NCBI GenBank assembly: GCA_963801605.1
Contig: CAWDFP010000007.1
Span: forward strand, 128,001-192,000
Reading direction: 5' to 3'
Length of the DNA stretch: 64,000 nt
From: an uncultured candidate division Zixibacteria bacterium
GTDB lineage: Bacteria; Zixibacteria; MSB-5A5; UBA10806
The notes beneath the pieces were generated by a model. The model made no database searches, was not told the DNA's origin, and saw only the letters and a program-made list of their open reading frames with translations. Positions 33,184-42,943 of the stretch are shown here, in pieces. Every line of letters starts with the position of its first letter. The stretch's first letter is position 1. A program made the translations under genes and the position numbers.

Positions 33184-35438
33184 TATTGCCTGGTACCCGG
33201 CTCCAATCTGCGGGCTTCCTCGACATGAGTAAAGGCCCTGATAATATCGCCCTCACGGATATCGGATACGCTTTCGATTCCAATCCCGCATTCAAAGCCG
33301 CTGGCAACCTCCCTGGCATCATCCTTAAAGCGTTTTAGCGAGCTTATGGTTCCCTCGCCTATTTTTACCTCGTTACGAAGAACCTCAGCCAACGATCCGC
33401 GCTTAATAACACCGGACTTGACATAACTACCAGCGATAAGCCCCTGCTTGGGGATCTTAAATATCTGGCGAACTTCAGCCTCACCAAGGTTGACCTTGAT
33501 AATCTCAGGCGCCAGAAGGCCTTCCAATGCGGCCTTAATATCGGCCTCAACCTCATAAATAATTTTGTATAGACGAATATCGACCTTTTCCCTGGCAGCC
33601 AACTCCTGAGCGCGGGCCTCAGGTCTGACATGGAAGCCGATAATGATGGCCTGGGAAGCGGCGGCCAAAAGTACGTCCGATTCGGAGATAGCGCCTACGC
33701 TTCTATGAATAACGTTGACTTTGACTTCCTTGTGCTGAATCCTGGCCAGAGTATCAGAAAGAGCTTCAACTGATCCGTCTACGTCGCCTTTGATTATAAG
33801 GTTAAGCTCTCTAATCTCGCCCTCTTTAATTTTATCATAGACCTCAGTAAGGGTCAGTCTCTTAAGAATACGGAAGTCTTTTTCGCGTTTGAGTCGCAGC
33901 CGCTTTTGAGCGATTATTCTGGCTTCGGCTTCGTCGGCAACAACTATAAAGGTGTCACCGGCCTGCGGCACTCCGCTCGAACCGAGGATAATCACAGGCG
34001 TTGAAGGCGGCGCCTCAGTAGCCGCTTTTCCACGTTCATTAGCCATGGCCCGAACTCTGCCGTACTGGGTGCCAGTAACAAAGGAATCGCCTACTCTGAG
34101 GGTTCCCTTTTGGATCAGAACCGTACAAACGGGGCCTTTGCCTTTGTCTAACCGGGCCTCAATTACGGCTCCCTTGGCAGGACGATCCGGGTTAGCTTTA
34201 AGTTCCATTAGCTCTGTTTGAAGCAGAATCATCTCCATCAAGCGATCTACACCCTTACCGAGCTTGGCAGAAATTTCCACCATGATCGTCTTGCCGCCCC
34301 ATTCCTCCGTAACCAGATTGTGCTTACCAAGCTGCTCGCGGATTTTATCCGGATTGGCCGCAGGTAAATCAATTTTATTTATGGCTACGATAATCGGCAC
34401 TCCCGCGGCGCGGGCGTGATCTATAGCTTCTATGGTTTGCGGCATCACGGCATCGTCGGCAGCCACGACCAATACAACGATATCGGTGACATGAGCGCCC
34501 CTGGCTCTCATCGAGGAAAAGGCCTGGTGACCGGGAGTATCCAGGAATGTAATATTGCCACCCGGTAATACAACCTCATAAGCGCCGATATGCTGGGTAA
34601 TACCACCAGCCTCTCCGGCGATAATATTCGATTTGCGGATAAAATCCAATAACGAGGTTTTGCCATGATCGACGTGGCCCATGATGGTAACTACGGGCGG
34701 ACGGGGCTTCAGAGTGGCGGGATCATCATAATCCTGCTCTTCCTCGCCAATCTGCTTTGATTCCTCGATATTGAAGCCAAATTCAAGAGCCAGAGTACCT
34801 ATGGTATCCAGGTCGAGCCTCTGATTGATATTAGCCATCATGCCAAGTTCGAGACATTTGGCGACAACCTGGGCCGGCCGGACATTCATCAGCGCCGCCA
34901 GTTCGGAGACGGTCATGAATTCGGTAACTTTAATCAGATTAGCCGGCTGTGATTCCTCGGGAAGCATATCCCCTTTTTCGTCATGCCTGCGGAACTTCTT
35001 TTTACGGGTAACATCCAGGCTGGACATGGTCTTTTTGAAACTGGCGTGGATCGCTTTTAAGTCAACGACTTTTTCTTTTTTCTTTTTGCGTCTATCTTTA
35101 CGTTTCTTGGGAACGAATTTTTTCTCTTCTTTGATCACTTCTTTTTTTCGAACCGGATGAAGCTCGGCGACCATTCGTCGTTCGATCTCCTGGCGACGGC
35201 GCTGGGCATCTTCCTCGGCATGCTGACGGGCCTCGGCTTTCTTTTTCTTTTCCTCTATTTCCTTTTTCACCTCTTCTTTTTTGGAGGCAAATTTATTTTG
35301 GACGGCGTTCAGCATCTCATCCGTAGCCGTTGAAGAGTGAGATTTCACCTCAAAACCAAGCTCCCTTACAATGTCAACCATCGCTTTAGATGAAACATTG
35401 TAATCCTTGGCTAATTCATAAAGTCTCTTTTTTGTCAT
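33183..35438 (-). CDS. infB: Translation initiation factor IF-2
   Basis: GHVDHGKT, GGITQHIGAY, DTPGH, NKID. Confidence 0.99.
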   Translation of the reverse strand: MTKKRLYELAKDYNVSSKAMVDIVRELGFEVKSHSSTATDEMLNAVQNKFASKKEEVKKEIEEKKKKAEARQHAEEDAQRRRQEIERRMVAELHPVRKKEVIKEEKKFVPKKRKDRRKKKKEKVVDLKAIHASFKKTMSSLDVTRKKKFRRHDEKGDMLPEESQPANLIKVTEFMTVSELAALMNVRPAQVVAKCLELGMMANINQRLDLDTIGTLALEFGFNIEESKQIGEEEQDYDDPATLKPRPPVVTIMGHVDHGKTSLLDFIRKSNIIAGEAGGITQHIGAYEVVLPGGNITFLDTPGHQAFSSMRARGAHVTDIVVLVVAADDAVMPQTIEAIDHARAAGVPIIVAINKIDLPAANPDKIREQLGKHNLVTEEWGGKTIMVEISAKLGKGVDRLMEMILLQTELMELKANPDRPAKGAVIEARLDKGKGPVCTVLIQKGTLRVGDSFVTGTQYGRVRAMANERGKAATEAPPSTPVIILGSSGVPQAGDTFIVVADEAEARIIAQKRLRLKREKDFRILKRLTLTEVYDKIKEGEIRELNLIIKGDVDGSVEALSDTLARIQHKEVKVNVIHRSVGAISESDVLLAAASQAIIIGFHVRPEARAQELAAREKVDIRLYKIIYEVEADIKAALEGLLAPEIIKVNLGEAEVRQIFKIPKQGLIAGSYVKSGVIKRGSLAEVLRNEVKIGEGTISSLKRFKDDAREVASGFECGIGIESVSDIREGDIIRAFTHVEEARRLEPGTRQ

Positions 35439-35590
35439 TTCTCACCCACCAATCAAATTCCATCGGAACCATCCCGGCCATCCCCAGCCCTTTGGCCAAT
35501 CCAAAATCGCTCGTAATTACGTTTGAATTTCGGCCACAAACGACTCCGATGTTTTTATTATTTTGCGATAATCGTATCCACAGGCTCCAA

Positions 35591-36940
35591 TTAATAATCT
35601 TCCGGACGAGGCTGATCGGTATCATCCGGCGAAAATTCCAACCTGGGAACTGTCTCCCCTTCTTCGACTACTTCCTCTGCAACTCTTTCGGCGGCTGCCT
35701 TATCGATAGCAGCCTGACAGGCCGCAATAACTTTATCAGCGGTCTTTTCTCCAACGCCTTCAATATTCATAAGTTTGTCTTTATCGGCTTTGATAACATC
35801 CTGAGCGGTTTCCATACCGGCCTGAATAAGCTTCTGAATCAACTTGGAACCAAGCTCCTCCACGGTCTCGATATCGACCATCTCTTCTTCTTCGGACTTT
35901 TTCAGAGCGTCATACTCGGTCGCCGACATGATATTGATCTTCCAGCCGGTAAGCTTGGCGGCTAACCTGGCATTCTGACCGGCTTTACCGATTGCCAGTG
36001 AAAGCTTATCATCAGCTACCGCCACCAGCATCTTTTTCTCACCGGGGAATACATCGACATTAACAATTTTAGCCGGAGCCAACGCTTTGGTTACGAATAT
36101 CATAGGCTCTGACGACCAGGGCACAATATCGATTCTTTCGTTATTAAGCTCGCGGACAATATTCTGGACACGGACTCCTTTGACACCCACGCAGGCGCCA
36201 ACGGCATCGATACGGTCGTCATTGGAATACACCGCCACTTTGGAACGCTCACCGGCTTCCCTGGCGATGGCTTTAATCTCGATGATCTTTTCGGCGATTT
36301 CAGGGACTTCCAGTTCAAAAAGCTTTTTCAGGAATTCTATCGATCCTCTGGATAAGGTAATTTGGGGACCTCGGTTGGTATCCTGCACATCGATTATGAC
36401 TGCACGAATCCGATCTCCCTGACGGAATTTTTCTTTCTTGATTTGCTCACGACCGGGTACTATGGCCTCGGCGCGTCCCAAGTTGACAATGATATTTCCC
36501 TTATCGACCTGTTGTACATTACCGGTGATGAGATCGCCGATACGGTCTTTATATTCCTGGAAAATCTTTTCGCGCTCGGCTTCGCGTACCCTTTGGATGA
36601 GGATCTGCTTGGCGGTTGCGATGGCGTTGCGCCCAAACTCTTCGAACGGCATAGGCACATCGAGAATCTGGCCAATCTCGACATCCTCATAGAATTCCGA
36701 AGCATCCTCGACAGTCATTTCCTGGCCGGGATTGGTAACATTTTCCACGACCTTTTTGGTCAGGAAAACCTTAATTTCGCCTTCGGTTTTATCGATCTCG
36801 ACTCGGACATTGTCTTCGACATTATATTTTTTCTTGACTGCCGAAATCAGGGCAGCTTCGACTGTCTGAAGGACATATTCCAATTCAAGATTCTTTTCCT
36901 TGGCAATTTGTCCGAAAGCTTCTAAAATATCATAGTTCAT
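35591..36940 (-). CDS. nusA: Transcription termination factor NusA
   Basis: FGRNAIATAKQ, S1 and KH domains, AIGKAGQNARLA. Confidence 0.98.
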   Translation of the reverse strand: MNYDILEAFGQIAKEKNLELEYVLQTVEAALISAVKKKYNVEDNVRVEIDKTEGEIKVFLTKKVVENVTNPGQEMTVEDASEFYEDVEIGQILDVPMPFEEFGRNAIATAKQILIQRVREAEREKIFQEYKDRIGDLITGNVQQVDKGNIIVNLGRAEAIVPGREQIKKEKFRQGDRIRAVIIDVQDTNRGPQITLSRGSIEFLKKLFELEVPEIAEKIIEIKAIAREAGERSKVAVYSNDDRIDAVGACVGVKGVRVQNIVRELNNERIDIVPWSSEPMIFVTKALAPAKIVNVDVFPGEKKMLVAVADDKLSLAIGKAGQNARLAAKLTGWKINIMSATEYDALKKSEEEEMVDIETVEELGSKLIQKLIQAGMETAQDVIKADKDKLMNIEGVGEKTADKVIAACQAAIDKAAAERVAEEVVEEGETVPRLEFSPDDTDQPRPEDY

Positions 36941-36967
36941 AAAAACAACCTCCGCGGTCGAAGCCCT

Positions 36968-37414
36968 TTATATTATGATCTTCCCCCTGGGATTCGTATC
37001 CACAGGAATTGTGACGGTTTCCCCATCAGCATCGATCTTTACATCAAATTCATCACTGTATACTAAAATACCTTCTATTGTGCGTTGACCTTTCTCGTTA
37101 TCGTAAACCACTTTGACATGTTCTCCTATCCGACGCATAAAATCTTTTGGCGTCAAAAGCGGTTTATCGAGACCCAGCGAGGAAACTTCAAGCGTATATC
37201 TACTGGCGATAAGGTCTTCGGTATCAAGCATGTCGGATATCTCCCGACTGACATTTGCGCAATCGTCCAACTTCACGCCTTTGGGGGTATGAATAAATAC
37301 CCGCAATATCAACCGTCCTCCGACTGTGGGCGCCGACAATTCCGCAAGCTCAAAGCCAAGCCTTTCGACGACGGCTTCGATTTTGTCGTGAATACTTTCA
37401 ACATTAATTTTCAT
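36968..37414 (-). CDS. rimP: Ribosome maturation factor RimP
   Basis: LDDCANVSR, YTLEVSSLG. Confidence 0.95.
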   Translation of the reverse strand: MKINVESIHDKIEAVVERLGFELAELSAPTVGGRLILRVFIHTPKGVKLDDCANVSREISDMLDTEDLIASRYTLEVSSLGLDKPLLTPKDFMRRIGEHVKVVYDNEKGQRTIEGILVYSDEFDVKIDADGETVTIPVDTNPRGKIII

Positions 37415-37457
37415 GGCGCAAAATACGAATTCCCTAAAAAGTAATCCATGAATAACC

Positions 37458-37481
37458 AAAAGAGTGGGATTTACCCACTCT
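37458..37481 (-). promoter_or_regulatory. rimP leader hairpin
   Basis: AGAGTGGG-TAAAT-CCCACTCT-TTT upstream of rimP, like the widely conserved rimP-leader motif. Confidence 0.7.
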
Positions 37482-37527
37482 CGAACTACAAAATATATAA
37501 TTTCTTATTACTAAAATCAAGTATTTT

Positions 37528-39246
37528 TTAGAGTTGTTCCAGCACCTGGCAGGCCCGTTCAACCGCCTGTTCGACCGGCACCTTTTCCATTACGAGCCCT
37601 TTGCGGCGCACGATTTCGACCTTGCCCTCCTTCAGGCCCCTATCACCCACGGCAATTCGAACAGGAACACCGATCAGATCGGCATCATTGAATTTGACGC
37701 CCGGACGCTCATCGCGATCATCAAGCAGCACTCCATAGCCTTTGTCCTGAAGTTGATCATAGATATCCATAGCCACCTCTTTAAGCTGTTCGCTATTGAT
37801 ATCGAGAAGCACGATATGGAAATCATAAGGGGCAATTGTCTTTGGCCAGATGATCCCCTTCTCATCGTGGAAAGCCTCCACGGCGGCCTGGGCGGTACGG
37901 GTAATACCGATACCATAAGAACCCATGATAATCGGCTTTTCAGAACCGTCGGCGTCTTTGAAAGTGGCGCCCAAAGCCTCGGAGTATTTGGTACCAAGCA
38001 TAAAGAGATTGCCGACCTCTATGCCTGAATATGAGATTAACCGTCCCTGATTGCAGCGCGGGCAAACTTCACCGGCCTGGGCGAGGCGTAGTTCGGTATA
38101 ATCGTCAATCTCGAAATCGGAAAGATTGGCGTTGATGATATGGGTATCATCACGATTGGCGCCGACCACAAAATTGCGCATCACTTTAATCTCGTTATCG
38201 GCGATAACTCTGACCTTTTTTAAGCCAATAGGCCCGGCAAAACCGACCTGGGCATTGGTCACATTCATCACTACCTCAGGGGGCGATAGGGTTAGCTCAG
38301 TGGAACGAAGGTAGTTTTGAAGCTTAATCTCGTTGATGTCGCGGTCTCCACGAATCAGGACAGCCACAGTTTCGCTATCGGATTGATAGAGCAAAGTTTT
38401 GATTAGTTTTTCCGGTCCAACCTTAAGAAACGCAGTGACCTCTTCGACGGTCTTCATTTTCGGCGTAAAAACCATATCCTTATTCTTAGGTTCTTCTCTG
38501 GGCGTATCCTCATCGGACATGGAAAGCGACGTGGCTTTCTCGATATTGGCGGCGTAATCGCATTGATTGCACGAGAGAATTATGGTTTCGCCGCCGGATG
38601 TATTTACCGGCACCATAAACTCATGTGCCAGTGTACCGCCCATCGCGCCTACGTCGGATTCCACCATCTTAACATCGAAACCGATTCGGCGGAATGCTTT
38701 GAAATAAGCTTCAGCCATTTTATTATAGGCCACTTTCAAGCCATCGTAGCTGGCATCGAAAGAGTAAGCATCCTTCATAATGAATTCGCGGCCTCGCATC
38801 AGGCCGAAACGAGGCCGGGGCTCGTCACGGAATTTAACCTGAATTTGATAGAGATTTTTCGGCAGTTGACGATAGCTGCGCAGCTCTCCCCTGATCAGCC
38901 AGGTGACTATCTCCTCGTGCGTACCGCCAAGGACCAGATCACGCTGATGACGATCTTTCATACGCATCTGCTCTTTGCCGACAATATCCCATCGTCCGGT
39001 TTTCTGCCAGAGTTCGGCAGGATGAAGCACCGGCATGGTGATTTCAACCGCGCCCGAGGCGTTCATTTCCTCACGCACGATATTTTCAATCTTGTGAATA
39101 ACGAGCAGCATAAGCGGCAGGTAATTGTAGACACCGGCAGTCAATTGCCTGATATAACCGGCGCGGACAAGCAGTTTATGCGAAGCAATTACGGCATCTG
39201 CCGGATCGTCTCTAAGTGTGGGAATAAATGATTGGCTCCAGAGCAT
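37528..39246 (-). CDS. proS: Proline--tRNA ligase (with editing insertion domain)
   Basis: SHKLLVRAG, KFRDEPRPRFG, GIEVG, GSYGIG. Confidence 0.98.
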   Translation of the reverse strand: MLWSQSFIPTLRDDPADAVIASHKLLVRAGYIRQLTAGVYNYLPLMLLVIHKIENIVREEMNASGAVEITMPVLHPAELWQKTGRWDIVGKEQMRMKDRHQRDLVLGGTHEEIVTWLIRGELRSYRQLPKNLYQIQVKFRDEPRPRFGLMRGREFIMKDAYSFDASYDGLKVAYNKMAEAYFKAFRRIGFDVKMVESDVGAMGGTLAHEFMVPVNTSGGETIILSCNQCDYAANIEKATSLSMSDEDTPREEPKNKDMVFTPKMKTVEEVTAFLKVGPEKLIKTLLYQSDSETVAVLIRGDRDINEIKLQNYLRSTELTLSPPEVVMNVTNAQVGFAGPIGLKKVRVIADNEIKVMRNFVVGANRDDTHIINANLSDFEIDDYTELRLAQAGEVCPRCNQGRLISYSGIEVGNLFMLGTKYSEALGATFKDADGSEKPIIMGSYGIGITRTAQAAVEAFHDEKGIIWPKTIAPYDFHIVLLDINSEQLKEVAMDIYDQLQDKGYGVLLDDRDERPGVKFNDADLIGVPVRIAVGDRGLKEGKVEIVRRKGLVMEKVPVEQAVERACQVLEQL

Positions 39247-39268
39247 GGCTTTCCTTTGGCAAAAAAAA

Positions 39269-39344
39269 AGTTCTGAGTGCTGAGTCCTGAGTGCTGAGAA
39301 ATAAAATAAATATTCAACCCAGTACTCAGTCCTAATTACTAAGG
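39269..39344. repeat. Inverted pair of heptamer tandem repeats
   Basis: AGTTCTG AGTGCTG AGTCCTG AGTGCTG ... ACCCAGT ACTCAGT CCTAATT ACTAAGG, next to an A9 run at 39261-39269. Confidence 0.8.
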
Positions 39345-39729
39345 TCTATTTTCTTCAATATCTCGTTTCGTTTGTATTGAGCTGCGCAGGCCGCCTATAA
39401 TTCTACCAACTTCTTCGGCTTGAGCAATTAAATGATCGAAATCGTCCTTAGCTACATAACCAATATCGAGGGAAGCATATAGCTGGGCTCTAACTTCGGC
39501 GCATGATGCCTTCGCAGTTGAGAGAAATTGATGAAACTCGGGTAAGCCGTTCTCTTTCGAATCCCTCTGCGATGTTGGACATTATCGATATAGAGGCACG
39601 TTGAATTTGTCCGCTCAGGCCAAAATCCTTGGCAAAAGCTCCTTGCCGAGTTACTTGATATATGGCACAAGTCAATTCCCGTGCTTTCTGCCAAGCGATC
39701 AAATCCTCGAATCTCTCTATTTTGCCCAA
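39339..39729 (-). CDS. Four-helix-bundle protein (23S-IVP/Avd-like family), one frameshift near 39550
   Basis: [26 protein letters not shown], then [20 protein letters not shown] in a second frame. Confidence 0.9.
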
Positions 39730-39993
39730 TCAAAAGCCGGTTCCTGAAATCAATATTACCAAGTTTCGGGAAATGCTGAAACTAGATGGTGCCGAATATA
39801 CATTATCAATCATGAGAGACGGCCAGATATATGTTGCTGTCATTAAACTCAAACGTATTATTTAATATCTTTCTACCATCAAGGATTGCGTGCGCGGCAT
39901 AAGTCCCGAGGCTGTGCCTGTTTTGGATTTTGTATGTGTTTAGATGGAGCCAACGGGAGCTTCTCTTATTTCCGCACTCTCGTCCCCTTTTAT

Positions 39994-40028
39994 ACTCAGC
40001 ACTCAGCACTTTTAACTCAGCACTGATT
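39994..40028. repeat. Heptamer tandem repeat at the tRNA-Arg(CCG) 3' end
   Basis: ACTCAGC ACTCAGC ACTTTTA ACTCAGC ACTGATT. Confidence 0.8.
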
Positions 40029-40031
40029 AAA

Positions 40032-40104
40032 TACCCCCAGGCCGACTTGAACGGCCGCACACGGCTCCGGAGGCCGCTGCTCTATCCAACTGAGCTATGG
40101 GGGC
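40032..40104 (-). tRNA. tRNA-Arg(CCG)
   Basis: Cloverleaf GCCCCCA...GCGGC-CTCCGGA-GCCGT...GGCCG-TTCAAGT-CGGCC-TGGGGGTA; CCA not encoded. Confidence 0.95.
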
Positions 40105-40519
40105 ATCCGTTTTAACTGCAAACTTCATGCGACCAGCCTTAAAACCGGTCAGGCATGTAGACATAATACGGTCACCAAATATTATACGCAAATGGTTTCT
40201 TGGGGAGTCACCGGTTAGGGGTCGTGAGTGGCCTTCTAAATATAGTGGTTCCAATATCCGATTGATAGATTGTATCTGAATTATTATAGGAGTTGTCATT
40301 ATCCAGGCAAAAGGCTATGCCAGAGAAGACAAATTCGGCGGCTAAAAAGTCGATACTCTACTTCAGATTCCTCCTGTAAAGTCGTATTTTCATTTCAGAT
40401 GGATGATATTAAAATGTGGGCGGTATTGCTTGGAGAAAATCAATTGGCTAGCGGAACTAGAAAGAACCGTAGATGTTATCTTAATAATTATTATCGTGGC
40501 TGTAACTGCGGATACAAAA

Positions 40520-40553
40520 TAAAAAAAACCGGCTTATCTTTCGACAAGCCGGG
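40520..40553 (-). terminator. Intrinsic terminator of the RRM gene
   Basis: CCGGCTTGTC-GAAA-GATAAGCCGG followed by a T run on the minus strand. Confidence 0.75.
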
Positions 40554-40594
40554 ATAATAAACTATTTTCAGTTTATCTTTGAGGTTGGGTAAGG

Positions 40595-40963
40595 CTACCA
40601 GCGCTCACGATTACGATCGCCACCGCGATCACCACCGCGTCCGCCGCCACGGCCGCCGCCACCACCGTAACCACCGCCGCCACCGCGACGATCGCCACCA
40701 CCGCCGCCGCCGCTGCGATTTTCGCGCGGACGAGCCTGGTTGACGTTCAACTCACGGCCGTTAAGCTCGCGACCATTGAGTCCGGTAATTGCTGCTTGTG
40801 CTTCCTCGTCATTAGCCATTTCAACGAAACCAAAGCCGCGGGAATCGCCGCTATAGTTATCCTTGATAATGCTGACTTTAGAAACCTGGCCGAAGCCCTC
40901 AAATGCCTGGCGGAGTTCTTCCTCCACCGTTGTCCGGGCAAGATTGCCCACGTAGATGTTCAC
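40595..40963 (-). CDS. RRM RNA-binding protein with Gly/Arg-rich tail
   Basis: IYVGNL (RNP2), RGFGFVEM (RNP1). Confidence 0.96.
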   Translation of the reverse strand: MNIYVGNLARTTVEEELRQAFEGFGQVSKVSIIKDNYSGDSRGFGFVEMANDEEAQAAITGLNGRELNGRELNVNQARPRENRSGGGGGGDRRGGGGGYGGGGGRGGGRGGDRGGDRNRERW

Positions 40964-41154
40964 TCAGAACACTCCTTGTTTTGTTTATCTTCCAACGCTC
41001 GTTCTTTCGAAGCCCCTGCCGAAAAGATAAACGATTTTACTGTGCGCACCATTGCGCCATGTCTCCAGCGACATTTCCAAGAACGAACCACTCTTGAGAA
41101 AATAAACTAAGGAGAACCATGCTAAGAGAAAATTAACTAAATGTCCATTTTGTG

Positions 41155-41775
41155 TCAAGCTTTATTTTGCCCCTTCTGCATGATACAGATCAACGCCTTA
41201 GGCGCCGGGTGCAAGGTCCCTTTGAAGCTTGACTCCGTAATTGAATGAATCTTAAACAGAGGCTCAAATAGCCCTGTTATCTCATCCGGTTTGAAACGAT
41301 AAGGACCCGGCCCGGGCGGTTCCTTGAAACTAAAGCATTTCAAAAACAGATAGCCCCTCGCCTTTATCAAATTGTGCACTATGCGGACATATTTGGCCCG
41401 TTTGGCGGGATCGATGATGTGGAAACAGCCCCGATCGATTACCAGATTAAATTTCGCATTCAGATGATTATTAAGAATATTGGCCCTTATAAACTTGACT
41501 TTGGCCCCATCCTCTTTGGCCCGCTCGGTTGCCTTGGACACTGCCGTTTCAGATATATCTATACCGGTTACCTTGAATCCCCGTTTAGCCAGGTCGATGG
41601 CCTGCGTACCCGGCCCGGAGCCGATATCAAGCACATTTCCCTTAGTGATTTTATGCCCGGAAAGGGCATATTCGATATCCTGATCGAGTTTGGGATTAAA
41701 CCACGGCATCTCCTCAACCTCGAGATCGCGGTAAACCTCATCCCACTCAGTAATAGTATGCGTAAATCTTCTCAT
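41155..41775 (-). CDS. Class I SAM-dependent methyltransferase
   Basis: VLDIGSGPG, GIDIS, DRGCFH. Confidence 0.92.
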   Translation of the reverse strand: MRRFTHTITEWDEVYRDLEVEEMPWFNPKLDQDIEYALSGHKITKGNVLDIGSGPGTQAIDLAKRGFKVTGIDISETAVSKATERAKEDGAKVKFIRANILNNHLNAKFNLVIDRGCFHIIDPAKRAKYVRIVHNLIKARGYLFLKCFSFKEPPGPGPYRFKPDEITGLFEPLFKIHSITESSFKGTLHPAPKALICIMQKGQNKA

Positions 41776-41876
41776 TCTATTGCCTCCGTTGGGCTATAAA
41801 ACTGAGGGGCTGAGAGAATGGTTCCGATTCTGAAAATTGATTTAGCGACGATGAGGTTATCAAGTAATCAACTCGA

Positions 41877-42815
41877 TTACCCCAGCTTCTTCCCTATTCG
41901 TTCCCAGCGGATATGATGATTGTGGGAATCCCAGGAGAAGTGAATAAATTTGGCTCGTCCCACCAAAAGCTTGGAATCGAGTAAGCCCCAGTAGCGGGAA
42001 TCATATGAGTTATCGCGGTTATCGCCCATAACAAAGAATTGGCCGGATGGGACGGTAAGTTCTGGCATATTATCGCGACTGCCGGTAGATTCCCAATAAG
42101 AGCCCTCAGCGCTTTTCTTCCAGCTTCCGTCAAAGGTGTGAGGCAAGATTTGAGTTGAATCGGACGGTTCAGCCTCGGGTGGAAGCGGCACGAGGCTATC
42201 ATTGACGAAAAGGTGCTTATCGACGATCTTAATCCGATCTCCTCCGATAGCGACCAATCGTTTGATATAGCTCTGGCTGTGATCCGGCGGGAATTTAAAG
42301 ATAATGATGTCGCCGCGATGGAGATCATTAGCATTTATTCCTTTGGCGGCTGTAAGATAATCGTCAGGCAAAAGCGTATTGGCCATACTGCCTGAAGGGA
42401 CTTTATAGGATTGATATATAAATGCTTTGGTAATTAAGCTTTCAGCAATTCCCAAAACTAATAAGCCAATAATAATACTAAGAATCCAGCGTTTGGCATT
42501 CGGGAGACGAGGATAATCGACCCGATTAGCTTTCCGAATATAATTAATATTGTAGATTAAGAGTAAAATATAGATTATAAGAGAAATTGTAATAGCCAAA
42601 AGCATCGATAAAAATGATAGCCCTGCAATAATATTAAATGGAATATCGATCAACTCCAGGATTATTATCAGAATGATACCGCCTTTAAGATTGCCGGCAT
42701 ATATCAGCGGCAGGCCGGGGCTAAATAGACTTAATAGCACCGTTACCCAAATCTTTCGTTTATATGGCTGGGGAGGCGGAGTTGCGATCAATTCCTGGCT
42801 GGGTTCATTTTCCAT
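41877..42815 (-). CDS. lepB: Signal peptidase I with extended multi-TM N-terminus
   Basis: VPSGSMANTL, YIKRL, GDNRDNSYDSRYWG. Confidence 0.92.
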   Translation of the reverse strand: MENEPSQELIATPPPQPYKRKIWVTVLLSLFSPGLPLIYAGNLKGGIILIIILELIDIPFNIIAGLSFLSMLLAITISLIIYILLLIYNINYIRKANRVDYPRLPNAKRWILSIIIGLLVLGIAESLITKAFIYQSYKVPSGSMANTLLPDDYLTAAKGINANDLHRGDIIIFKFPPDHSQSYIKRLVAIGGDRIKIVDKHLFVNDSLVPLPPEAEPSDSTQILPHTFDGSWKKSAEGSYWESTGSRDNMPELTVPSGQFFVMGDNRDNSYDSRYWGLLDSKLLVGRAKFIHFSWDSHNHHIRWERIGKKLG

Positions 42816-42943
42816 TTTAATCCTTGGATGAGTTGATTTTTTCTATTTAATTAAATCGTATTATATTCAAATGAAAATGGCAAGACATTTTGAACGTCCT
42901 TTAGTATTGACATATTTAGTTTAGAATATTAAATCTCCTGTGG

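Noticed and set aside
39339..39729. Diversity-generating retroelement (Avd-like gene)
   Set aside because: No reverse transcriptase and no TR/VR repeat pair visible in the window.
40105..40520. ORFs 40027-40299 and 40270-40557, or an ncRNA, upstream of tRNA-Arg
   Set aside because: No motifs, RBS or convincing structure, and one ORF overlaps the tRNA.
40610..40715. CCG/CCA-rich repeat
   Set aside because: It encodes the ordinary Gly/Arg-rich tail of the RRM protein.
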